The notes below the pieces were generated by a model. That model ran no database searches, was not told where the DNA came from, and saw nothing but the letters and a program-made list of their open reading frames with translations. This document shows positions 25,201-36,701 of a stretch of 64,000 bases of DNA, in pieces; the stretch's first letter is position 1, and every line of letters begins with the position of its first letter. Source of the DNA: Pocillopora damicornis. Taxonomy: Eukaryota. The DNA is taken from assembly GCF_003704095.1 (NCBI RefSeq), contig NW_020844421.1, positions 1 to 64,000 of the forward strand, written 5' to 3'. The translations under genes and the position numbers were made by a program.

Positions 25201-28200
25201 CAGTAAGGAGAATTACTAATTTGATCTGGGAGTTAAAGGGTTAAACCAAAGAAAATATTTCAACATCTGAATTGAATGAATAGAGGAAGAAATACTGAAG
25301 AAATGTAAAATGGTTTCCTTGTTTACATAGCCTGATGTAAACACGCGGGAAGTTGGGAGAACATGAGATAAGTGTAGGAAACCACAACGTGAAGCGGAGT
25401 GGTTTCTAGCTTATGAGTGTTCTCCCAACCTCCCAAGTGTTTATATCAGGCTACGTAAACATGGAAACCATTTTACATTTCTTTTATAAAATAACTAATG
25501 AAAGAGGANNNNNNNNNNNNNNNNNNNNNNNNNNNNNNNNNNNNNNNNNNNNNNNNNNNNNNNNNNNNNNNNNNNNNNNNNNNNNNNNNNNNNNNNNNNN
25601 NNNNNNNNATGGTTGAACTTTGAAATTCACTTAAAGTGCATAATTTTTGAAAAAAAAATTGAAACTACTGTATTGTATCAGAAGAGTTTTAATATTCATG
25701 TATCATCTACTCACAGAGCTGATAAAAGAGCAGAGGAAAAAAAAACAAATATGGGATTTTCTGTGCCTGGACGGCCTAAGAAGTGGAGAGATAAAGCATT
25801 TAAGGTTCTAGAGGAGTCTGTCAGTAACAGGTTAATATGCAGTTATGAAAATTCTTGAAATTTAAACTAAATGCTATTTTGGAATATTTGTCACATGTCA
25901 TTGTAGATTCTAACTGTGGACAGGTTAGGGAGATTCTGACATTTGTTTCCTCTTCAGCTATTAATAACTTTGTATAATGCATACTCAAGAGCAATATAGT
26001 GTTTCTTTGTTGTATATTAATGGTGGATTTTACCATCTTGTTTTCTGCACTACTTCTCCTGTCTGTCCCTTAAATTTTTCAAGATGTACACACTACCACA
26101 CTATTTCGTACTTCCTCTTTCACAGGGTAACCAGTTCTTTGTTGGCTCTAGTTGCATTACTGTGCCTGGGTCACAGGGGATGCTAGCTTCATTTGTGGTT
26201 TACTTGTGGGGAGAGCCCTTGAAAGAATTGTATTTACATTTACATTTACCTCAAGCAGTGATAACATGATTTGGGAATTTCAGGTTTGAGAGTCTTGACA
26301 TGGAACTGCAGGATAGAATGGATGACAAGATGTGGCTGGTGAAACATCTTGAACGCACAAGGAAACTTGTTTTGGATGATTTGATTGTTGTCAAGGTTTG
26401 TTTTCTTACTCACCCTTATCTCATTAATGCCAAATGACAAAAATTTCATCATTACTGAAAGAAGCAGTTTTATTAACTTTAACCTTTCAACTCCCATTAG
26501 TGACCAAGAAAGAATTTCTCTTCATTATGTCAAACAAACAAGTGATGAGAATTTAATTAGGGAACTATTAGTTGATCCAACATCAAATTCTCCAAACTAA
26601 CAGCATAAGAATTGTATGGTAGACAGTAAGGAGAATTACTAATGAGATCTTGGGAGTGAGAGGGTTAAGAGAGCATTATGGGAGTATTTTTGGAGAGCGA
26701 GTGCTCGGTGTTTGTGTGTGAAATGTTTGGCTGCTATCGTTTATTTTTTTAAAGGAGGGAAAGGCGAGGGAGAGAAATAAATCCTATCACGTTTTTATTG
26801 TAATATTTACGTTCTTATTCGTCTTAGAACTTGTGTCAGGTTTGTTTCCCTCCAAGTTATGATATATTTGATCGCTACATCAAAATGTATCACAAGGCAC
26901 TCTCCGTCATGGTAAGGAGCTTAGAAGTCACTTCATTCATTAAATCTATTTGTTGACTTCGATACGAACCAGAGTATTTTCTTCAATTGTAGTTTCTTCG
27001 AATTTACGAGTTTGTATTGACAAGACGTGGAACGTTTGATTGTGGTTACAACATGAGGGTTATACCCAACATCCCGAGGGCATACATGTGCCTGGACCCG
27101 ACTATCGATTCTCGATCCCTCGGTCCTCGAATCTCGAAGACATTTAGGGTCGAGGGTCGTGTCGGATTTCGAGACGTTCGGGCCTGCTCGAGATATTGTC
27201 CAAGATCTTCGTGAAATATACGCGACGAGAAACAAACGATTTTTGGCGTGATTGCGTTGTCTGAGGTTCAATCGGTTTGAAGTGATTTAACGTTCATCTT
27301 ATTGATTTTGATTTTGCCAGTTGGAAAGATTTGTTCTGGAAGAAAGACTTGATTCGAATGAGTGCATCAGTCTGTTAACCTGGATCAAAGAATACAAGTA
27401 AGTAACTGAAGCAAAGGAAAAANNNNNNNNNNNNNNNNNNNNNNNNNNNNNNNNNNNNNNNNNNNNNNNNNNNNNNNNNNNNNNNNNNNNNNNNNNNNNN
27501 NNNNNNNNNNNNNNNNNNNNNNNNNNNNNNNNNNNNNNNNNNNNNNNNNNNNNNNNNNNNNNNNNNNNNNNNNNNNNNNNNNNNNNNNNNNNNNNNNNNN
27601 NNNNNNNNNNNNNNNNNNNNNNNNNNNNNNNNNNNNNNNNNNNNNNNNNNNNNNNNNNNNNNNNNNNNNNNNNNNNNNNNNNNNNNNNNNNNNNNNNNNN
27701 NNNNNNNNNNACGTATCATACAGTTCATAGGAATTTTTCCTCTCATCTTTTGCTAGCCCATTTGTTGCAGCCTGATCTTGCTAGTCATCATTCCCTTAGT
27801 CACTGTTCCGTTACTATTATGGGGCCTACATTTGTCGTGTGCATCGTTCGAGATATGTTTGGCAAACTGCTTTGGCAGATTATGTTCGCATTAACCTTTT
27901 GACCACCAACTAAAGAAACATTGATTTTTAAACAAATTCTCCTTGTCAGCACCTTAGGAAATGTATAGAGAACAGTATGGAGAATATGCATATGATGTTA
28001 GGGTGTAAGGGGTTAAACTTTAAATTCGTTGAGAGTTGGCGTGACTGCTGGACTTAAATATATCAGAACGAAACATAATTTGACTGCGCTTGATACATTT
28101 TTTTTACATTAGGGGAACTGATCTTATGATGCATCCAGAGCTACAGATTGATGTTGGATTCCTAGGACCTCTGTTATCGCCCAAAGTTGAACAGGAACTG

Positions 28201-31200
28201 CTAGACACGTAATCAAAACTTTGCTATGTACTTTCAAATTGTCCCTTTTACGTACTCCTCATCGTAATATGCTCGTGATGTCTCGCCACGTAATCACACG
28301 TAATGAACTTTTAAGGAGCCAAAGAGAATTGGGGTTGTAAGCAAGTAAAGAGTAGGAATCGCATGTAGTCAAGTTATAACTGGTTTCATTTTTGTATCTC
28401 ATTGGTTGAGATATTGGCGCGAGTTTTCGAGACCAATCAATGAACAGAGCGAAATCCTCGATCATTTTCGACACGAGATTGAAAGTTGTTTTTTAGTGAA
28501 AGTTAGATTAGTATAAATTACTACTACTGTGTCACAATTAATTCAACTTCTTTTTCATCAGCTACCTCACGACCACTAAAAACAACATGATGGAGTGGAT
28601 GGCCAGGCTGGCCGAAACAGATCTTCAGGTGATGAATTAACGTTTGTATGGTGCCGGTTTCACAGAGGATTTGGACTCCCCGGTTCAAATCAGTGAGCGG
28701 ATATGGACCCCCTCTCGCTGATTTGGACCGTTAAAAGACCGGGGGGTTCAAAGTAAGGGGCGTCCAAATCCGTTAGCACACTGGCAGTTGCTGATACTTT
28801 TTTGAATGTTTACTTTTGGTCGAATTATCAGTTTGGCCACCCTCTAGCTTTAAGAAGTGATTACTCTGCAAATTCATCTCTTCATTCTAATACATTATGC
28901 AGTAGACAGGCTACGAGATTAGACAATGTTATCAGTTGAAGAGTGTTGTTTTGATGCAACTGCAAACTCTCTCAACTTATTTACAAGGAAATGTGAGGCG
29001 TTAAGAAGGGAGAGTAACTTATCAGATCTTGGGGGTTATGAGGACAGTAGCTTGCTGTTACTTTTTGTTGTTTTTTTTTTTCATGGTAACTGCTGAGAGC
29101 TAGGTTTGAATATCTGTTGCGTTTCTAATTCCAGGACTGGAACAGGGACGCACCGCCAGAGACAGACATGGATGGTTTCTACAACACATCGCTTCCAGTT
29201 TTCCTTTTTAAAATGATCGATCAGAATGTGAGTTATTCTCTTATTTTTGCAAGAAATACTATCCAAAGAACAAGATTTGGCCCTTTTTTCCAATTTTTGG
29301 CCATCCCAGTAAACATTACTTTTTTTTTTTCAGCTGCAAGTTGCAGCGAAGGCTGGAGAAGAGATCAAACTACAGGTCAGCTATAGAAATGAATTATTCG
29401 CCGCATTAAACGTTAACTTCTAAAAGGGTTGTATGGTTTAGTGATGTTACATTAGGACCAAAGTGATCGTAGTAAAATATTGACAATAAACGTAAAAAAG
29501 ACTTAAAATCTAAAGTAATACCTTGCGATTTTCTTCTTTGCTCAGATTCTGGATATTTGTCTTGAGTCTATGCAAGGTTTCCAGAGGGAATATCGAGGTA
29601 ACTAGTTATTTAGATGGTAAAGTTTCAGCTTGTCTTTGAAAACGAGCTGAAAGAAAAGATCATATAAGAGAAAGATGTTTTTCGTCTGGTCACGAGCGTG
29701 GGAAGAACAGAAAATTCTGTGTCCATTTGAGGAAACGAACCTCAAACCTTCGGATTCCGCGCTCCGATACTCTACCACTGAGCCACTGGGACTCCACGGT
29801 GTACATTCATATATGACACGCATCCTGTATACTTCTTGGATCAGCAATGTCGAATAGTGTCATGTTTTTTAAATAGGATAAGAAAGATGGTAAGTTTTAA
29901 GCTCAGTAAAGACATGCAGAAAGATGTTTTTCGAATCATGTTATTCGTTGCGTGTGGTTTAATCCGTAGGTCAAATCAGAACTTTCAAGAGCAAACACTT
30001 TGAGGACAGAATGCAGCCTGTGAGATTTGTGGAATACATAGTAAGAATGTTGCTCAAAAGTTTGCGAAGTTAATATTTGATAGGCACTTATGGTAGTCTT
30101 GTGACACAATCTGGTGTCCCAAATTTGACACAATTCACTTAGTGCAGTAGTTTTTTCCACATTATTTCTTTTTTTGGTTTGTTTGTTTTGTCTAGATGTT
30201 CCGTATCCTTTATACTAATGTGCGTGACGCAGTTATAAGAAATAATCATCCTTATCTGTATTGGTGTGAGTTAAAGATAAAACTGACTTACTTGACTTCT
30301 AATAAAGGAGATAAGTTTTTAGAGAAACTGTGGTCCTGCGTCGGTGTGAGAGCGTAGCAAGTTAATTTGGTATTATCAACTGAGTTGATAATGTCAATTG
30401 GCCACCGTTAAGAGTTTCAAAGCTGACTATTCGAGCGTTAGCCCTTCGTCAGAGCGAACGGAGGAATCGTGGGTTTTGTGTGTTTTTATATGTAGACTTC
30501 GTCCGAGCGATAGTTGGCTAAAAGAAGATCAAAAGCGAATCACCGATAACGTGTCCGAATGTCACTGCTGGTGTACATTACAATAGTTATCGAGAGCGTA
30601 TCGGAATCACTAAGATCGAACGAGTGTCAGCGACAGCGCACGAAAATCACCACGAATACACGAAAGGGTCAAACTTTTCATCAGTCCTTCCCATTCATTT
30701 TCTTTGCTCCTCGCTCATTCACACAAGTAATTTCAAAGCCTTTACTCTACGTTTGTCTTGTAGAAGCTACGCTGTTCTTGAGTTTACAACTGAGTGTGAT
30801 TTTCCCTCTTTGCCAGGTGGCCATCGTAAACAACTGTAAGGCGTGTATGGACTTTACAGATCAACTAAAGGTAGGCTTCAAGATGCTAGAGCGCTTTTCG
30901 ATTGAATGTCATGAACCAAAACTAAAGTGATCACAACGGCCATTGAGAAGAAAGGGATATGCCTTAACCTGCCGATGAGAACTCGAAATAAAAACTTCCA
31001 AACTTCCTAAAGCGTGGGAAAACGCGGGTTACCAAGTGGTGATTGGTTTTTAACATGCATCTGATTGGTTGAGAGGTTAGCGCAAGTTTTCTGGATTAAT
31101 CACAGAGCGAAGGCTCGGATCAAGCGCGCACAACATCGGGTGGCTACAAAGGCGAAGAAGTGTAAGTCTAATCGACGTGAATGTATGTTTTTGCTCTTAC

Positions 31201-34200
31201 CTTTACCAACTTTTAACTCTTGTTTATTCTCTGTAGGAGCGGTTAGTGGCTGAACTTGGCCGAGCAACGTTTGGAGAAGATAAACAACGATCATTTAAGA
31301 GCGTCGTCGACTGCTTCGCTCAGATAGGAGAGGAGAGGTTTGTGCGCTGACACAAGTTTTATTTGTCAAAATGTTGGTTACTTAAGCGCTTTTTATCGGA
31401 GTATCGTAAAACGAATTCCAAAGTAATTACAGAGGCCAATCAGAACAAAGACAAATATCTCTTTGGGAAGTAATGGTAAGCCAGAGTGAAGAAGAAAAAC
31501 AATTTCCTCGAGGCGCGGGAAAAAAGGCGAGGCAGCAAGACGCGTTTTGTTTCAATTCTTCATCTAATTGGTTGAGAGGGCGTCGCAAACTGAGATGTCT
31601 CGACCAAAACAATTTCTTTGAGGCGCGGGAAAAGGCGAGGCAGCAAGACGCATTTTGTTCAATTTTTCGTCTAATTGGTTGAGAGGGCGACGCGGATTAA
31701 GATGTCTCGACCAATCACAAAGGGGAAGCAATTACGTCGATCCTGAAGCGCGGGAAAACACGAGCGACCAAGTTGCGAATTACTCTTGGCTTGCATCTCA
31801 TCTTAATTTTACTTATTTGCTGTTTCCAAATGAAATGTTTTTTTTGTTAATAATTTTCAGTGCTGGATACCTCTTGGATGAAGCATTCTTGGACCTGGAG
31901 CCTTTTTTCTCACAAATTATGACTCCTACATGGTATTGTATTTCATGTCCAACAAACTTTGCAATTTTAATGAAAAGTTGTTCAACCTTTTAACTCCCAT
32001 GAGTGACCAAGGCAGAATTTCTCCTTACAATATCAATACAATATCATGCTGACAAGTGATGAGAATAAAGAAAAATATTAATTAGGGGATTATTAGTTGA
32101 TCCAATACCAAATTCTTCAAACTAACATCACAAGAACTATATGGCAGACAGTAAGGAGAATTACTAATAGGATCTTGGGAGTTATAAGGTTAAAACTACA
32201 TTTGTGACAAGTTTTGTATTTGGAATTAATTTCCGAAGACCAGACAACTGAAACCTTTGGTCTTTCGACGACTGTTTGGATGCTATCCCACTGAGCTTCG
32301 CAGAACTTGATTTTTAGTGTCGCCATTTTCTTAGGTCCTATTTGACATTCGTCCTCCTGCCCAAAACCTTCCTTGATTTTTCACTCCTCTGAAAACATCG
32401 CACCTTTAGCTATTAAGCTTCGTTTACTAACTGAAAGAGAAAACTTCAAAGGGGTGGTGGTTGTTGGATCGTTAGTTGATCAAGGAAAGGTTTAAATCTG
32501 CTTACTCTTTTTAATAACAGTTTATTTCTAAAGGCCTGATATTTTCTGTTTTTTTTTTTTTTTTTAGGATACCAAGTCCAGAAGCTGTGGACACAATAAT
32601 TGTCACAATAGAGGATTACTACAATGACTTTTTACACTTGAAAGACAAGTAAAGTGAACTTGAATGTTTCTTTTACAGCTATAGGGAGTTTTAGTGCTAA
32701 CGGCATGATGTCTTTACAACGTCGCGCACACCGAGATACCACTCGATGTTTTGTGAACCGGCGTGAACCGAGAAAGCGTGAGCGCGACGTGAAAATGCTT
32801 TAAAGTGAAGTGAAAATTGTGGAAACTGGTTTATGATAAAAGAGAAGACTCGGTGACTGTTTGGGTTTTCTTACGGTGATTAGTTTTTCAATAAGACTCT
32901 TTTTTCGACAGATTTTTCGATAACCTCATGGAACAAGCTCTGAAGAAAGTGTTGTTAGAATATGTCCGTGCAATGCTGAACAAGTATGGTGTTGAATATT
33001 TTTAACTGTTTTGTATTTTGTGGACTTAACTTCTGGCATTGCCGTATTGCTTGCGAAAAACGGGAGTGTTTCAGATTTTCATGATGGTCGGCGATCATTC
33101 ACTTTGTAGCTTTGTCTGACGAAGACGTAAATGAACGCGTGGTGAAAATTCGCGCTCGTGGGGTTAAAAGGCATGAACGTTACGTGAAAATTTCTCAACG
33201 TGACATTTCTAAAAATTGAATAAGTGCGCTTTGAAAATGCGCGAACTTCAGCGACGGTTCGTGAGAATCTGGTACACTAACTGATGTAACTCAAAATCTG
33301 AGATTTTGTGTGTAAATCCGCGATAGTCTTGGACCTTCCCGGCATAAGGAGGCACACCTCAACTTAAGTTTTACAAGTTCTTTTTCATTTTTCTAGGCGT
33401 ATTACATTTAAGGATTACGAAGGAAGGAGGGATGCGGCAAAAAAGATCACGGAGGAATCCAAAAAGATCGAGAAACTCTTCAAGAAGTTAGCCAAAGCTA
33501 ATTTGCAGCCAGAAACTCAATGCTCCGTTCTTTCCACACTTGCTGAGGTCATCAAACTTCGAGATACGTCCATGATGGCTCTTGAAATTTCGGTAACTAA
33601 AGAGCAAATCACATCTAGCTAGAATAGTTAAATTTGTTATCATTTTTGGGTTTGAGACAAAGAAAAGCCATACTATTTTATGTATGTAAATTTGTATCAT
33701 AAAATTTATCTCATGATAATTTATAATAGTTAATGATAAGCTGTTTGTTAAGAATTTAAATGGAAAATGTGATCAGAAATATTGCTTATTGTCGCCCTCT
33801 TTTCAAGATAGGAAAGGTAATTTTGAATGTTCTCAGCAGTCATGGTTTGTTATCAACATGACATTCGGTTTTAAGTTTACTATGCCTGTTACTTTTCTCC
33901 TCAGGGAATTGCCAACAAGTACCCAGACTTCAAATCTGACCATGCCTTGGTCCTGTTGTTGATGAGAGGAGATCTTACCAGGACAGAAGCAAGACAGGTG
34001 TGTAGAGGATTAATCTCTCACAATCCTAAGCACAAACTTTCAGCTCCTCCCTCTGGGTGAATTAAGTTGACACATTGTGTCTTGGTGGTTAACTTGTTGA
34101 ACTCCTAATCTAGGGTTCAAGCCCTGTCTGTGTCCCTCTTTGAAGTTTTTCAGACAAGACTTATAATTTCTGCATTGCCTCTCTCAGCCCAGGGAAATAA

Positions 34201-34571
34201 GTGGGTACCTGAAAAATGTCAGAGAAATCTGACAAATTCCAGGTGGAATAAGCATCCCATTTAGGCCTTGGTTGGTTGAAGGATGAGCAGTGCCATACAT
34301 TGGATAAATATCTGTCTGATGGATAGCACCCTTGTTTTATGCAATGGAAATGGGATGAGCTGTAGCAGTTAGCTTCAGGCTTTCAGTTGTCAACCTTAAT
34401 GTTAATTTTTGTTGTTGTTATTTTTCCAAGTTAATTATGGAAACTCCTCTAGAAGGAAGACAGGATACTCCAGCTGATGACCCTGCCGCATTTTTCACTC
34501 AGATCATTGTGCCACCATCTGTGTTGGACAAGCTGGAAACATTGAAAGAAACAATGATGAAAAAGAAGTGA
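22215..34571 (+). CDS. EXOC3: Exocyst complex component 3 (Sec6), >25 exons, at least two hidden in gaps
   Basis: Spliced peptides: [10 protein letters not shown]|[19 protein letters not shown]|[22 protein letters not shown]; [12 protein letters not shown]; PGRPKKWR; KMWLVKHLE; CFPPSYDIF; [24 protein letters not shown]|LQVA; FKSKHFEDR...YI|VAIVNNC; [18 protein letters not shown]|GIANKYPD...LLMRGDL. Last exon is 34431-34571 (TGA). Confidence 0.95.
25039..25244 (+). mobile_element. piggyBac-like coral MITE (CMITE-type), apparently inserted into a related element starting ~24990
   Basis: cctttaactcc...gagtgaccaagacagaatttctcc...gggagttaaaggg-ttaa, a family with many copies in the window. Confidence 0.85.
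26479..26668 (+). mobile_element. CMITE-type MITE with TTAA flanks
   Basis: TTAA-cctttcaactccc...gggagtgagaggg-TTAA. Confidence 0.85.
28672..28786. mobile_element. Small MITE-like element with imperfect terminal inverted repeats (in an EXOC3 intron)
   Basis: ggatttggac near the left end and gtccaaatcc near the right end, with tgcc.g/c.ggca outer ends. Boundaries are approximate (left arm may start ~28652). Confidence 0.5.
29670..29930 (-). mobile_element. tRNA-derived SINE-like repeat
   Basis: Minus strand ~29787-29737 reads gtggctcagtggtagagtatcggagcgcggaatccgaaggtttgaggttcgtttcctca, with an A-box (TGGCTCAGTGG) and a B-box-like GGTTCGTTTCC. Confidence 0.6.
30310..30465 (-). mobile_element. 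Penelope-like-derived repeat with a degenerate minimal hammerhead ribozyme motif
   Basis: Minus strand 30455-30422 reads GCT-CTGACGA-AGGGCTAACGCTC-GAATA-GTC-AGC, followed by the shared repeat body. Confidence 0.7.
31496..31712. repeat. ~110-bp tandem duplication within a dispersed repeat
   Basis: aaaacaatttc...gaggcgcgggaaaa..ggcgaggcagcaagacgc...tctaattggttgagagggcg...gatgtctcgacc occurs twice. Confidence 0.85.
31982..32193 (+). mobile_element. CMITE-type MITE
   Basis: Same family body and terminal cctttaactccc/gggagtta.a.gg-ttaa. Confidence 0.85.
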
Positions 34572-35159
34572 AATTTGCATCAAATTAGCATGTAATTCGT
34601 TACTCTTCTTCACTCTGTGTATTATTAAAAAAAGTTCATTTTACATCTACTACTCTAAACAGGAAATTAAACTTGCAACATGTATTTTGGGCCCCAGACA
34701 TTGATCTGCCACTTTTTTTTCTGTGAAGATGTCAGTAAAAAATAAGTCTACCATAAAATTGCTATTAGAATGTGGAAATTGTTTATTAAAGATAGTTTAA
34801 GTGTTACTGGATCTGTATCAAACCACTTCATTAATAAAAATGAAACTTACAGTGTAGTAGATCTAAACATCTTTGAAGCTCTTGAGGACCCATCTTACAG
34901 TCCCTAAATTTACATAACCCTATGGGCCCCTTATTTTTACTGGAGCATATCTGGCTTTCCCAGTGTTTAGTGACTTAGGACTCCCTTGCTTCCCCTTTTT
35001 TGTATTCAATCATGTTCTTCCTGGCAGTCAGCTGGTACACATGACCTTTTACAGAGGCAAATAAGAGAGTTTTCCTAAAAGGGCCCTACTATTCTGAAGA
35101 CTTCTTGTTTTATACATCAGGGCTCAGCTGTTCAAAGGGAAGATAGCATGATCTAACAG

Positions 35160-35371
35160 TTAACCCTTTAACTCCCATTATTGACCAAGACAGAATTTCT
35201 CCCAACAATATCAATACAATATTAAGCAGATAAGTGATGAGAATAAAGAAAAGATCACTTTGGAGATAATTAGTTGATCTAATACTGAATTCTCTGAAGT
35301 AACATGATAAGAATTGTATGGTTAACAGTACTGGAAGAGTTACAAATTTGATCTGGGAGTTAAAGGGTTAA
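35160..35371 (+). mobile_element. CMITE-type MITE inserted at TTAA within an older palindromic MITE (~35120-35465)
   Basis: TTAA-ccctttaactccc...gggagttaaaggg-TTAA, flanked by the two halves of a ...gttcaaa..gatagc...gctatccag...ttatccagtgg...tttgaggaac element. Confidence 0.8.
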
Positions 35372-36116
35372 ATTGCTATCCAGTGCATAAAACGTACTGC
35401 ACTATCCAACAGATAGAGATTTATCCAGTGGCTAGCATTATCCACTCTTTGAGGAACAAGAGCCTAGATCTCTGCACCAGTCCTGCAGAGTCCTCATGAA
35501 ACTAATTCTCCCAGCCAGGTGAGAGGAAGGAGAAGACCTTGCTGGTGCTACCAGAGTCTCTTGAAAGGGCTTGTTTAGCCAGCTGCATTCTAGAAATACT
35601 TGTTTTGATGCTTGATAATGTCATCTCTTAGGGTAAACAGTTTTTGGCATTTTAAAGGCTGATTTTCTGCCGGGTGGTTGGGCATAGTTCCATGGATACG
35701 TAGCATGTGTTATAGGGGTTAAGTACGTGTGCTTCTTGATAACAACTCTTCCCAGCTGACTGTACAAAAACTGACTTTCTGGACCCTTGAGAAGGAAAAA
35801 AACAGACGGCTAAGTCAAGCTGATAAGGTGGACGAGTTAATTCTGGCAGTCAAAAGTCAAATGTCAAATGCTTGGTACAGGTTGGCATAATCCAAAAGTC
35901 ACAATTTCAATTATATTTGTAGTCGGTTTTGAAACAAGCATTTAGCATCTCGGGTCGTGAAAATGTGCATTATGTCCAATCGTATACCTTTTTAGAATTT
36001 AAAAATTTTAAAACAACAAACACATCGAAAGTTTACTGACTGGAAGCGAAGAAAGGCATAAAAATAAGAGTTATTCCGATATATTAAAGTTCACATGGCA
36101 ACCAGGTGGACAATCG

Positions 36117-36276
36117 GACATGGTTTGATGCTACTCTGGTTTAAAGATCTAATGAATGTAACCAAGAAGTTATTAGAGGAAGCACTAGACAGGATTGTCG
36201 AAACGTTGGGACTATGAATTGTAACGTCTCGTAACATTCATCAAATCTTTAAACCAGAGTAGCATCAAACCATGTC
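36117..36276. repeat. Long inverted repeat (32-bp perfect arms, ~44 bp with mismatches)
   Basis: gacatggtttgatgctactctggtttaaagat (36117-36148) / atctttaaaccagagtagcatcaaaccatgtc (36245-36276). Confidence 0.9.
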
Positions 36277-36701
36277 TTAGAGTTGTTCCGTTTAAAACAA
36301 AGCTTTTAAAATACCTTGTGATCTTGATTTGTGTGCCTTGGTAACGAGCGATTTTCGTGTTTCTCTGGTTTGCTTTCCTGCCTTTGATGAGCTCTGTAAG
36401 TTCGATCGCATAAACACTCTTCCTCAGTCATGATTCTGTTTACTTTGTCAACAATTTAGGATCTATAATTTTGAGAAGAAACCCTGCGAGGTGTACATCG
36501 TCTCCGAGTTCGATCACTCGCTGTAAACAAAAGAAGTGCCAGGCGACTCCTTGGACCCAGTCTCTTAACCGCGGGGTCAACATGGCGGGAAGTTTACACG
36601 ATGAATGTATCGCTCCAAAAGTTTTTATTCGCTGAACTTAAAATTTGGTCCCTTTAAGCTTCAGATGGAAAGGAACCGGAGTGTAGCTCGGATAATTTCT
36701 A

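Noticed and set aside
29737-29790. tRNA gene
   Set aside because: It has A/B boxes but no convincing acceptor stem and is embedded in a longer dispersed repeat, so it is a SINE-like head.
30196-30211. Apparent 7-nt microexon followed by a U12-type donor GTATCCTTT in EXOC3
   Set aside because: The EXOC3 frame is already completed by exon ~29970-30040 ([14 protein letters not shown]...EYI) joining VAIVNNC. Including 7 nt would frameshift it, and no U12 branch site is evident.
8584-31712. CRISPR-like or prokaryotic repeat arrays
   Set aside because: The repeats are two-unit tandem duplications without unique spacers, and the context is spliceosomal eukaryotic DNA.
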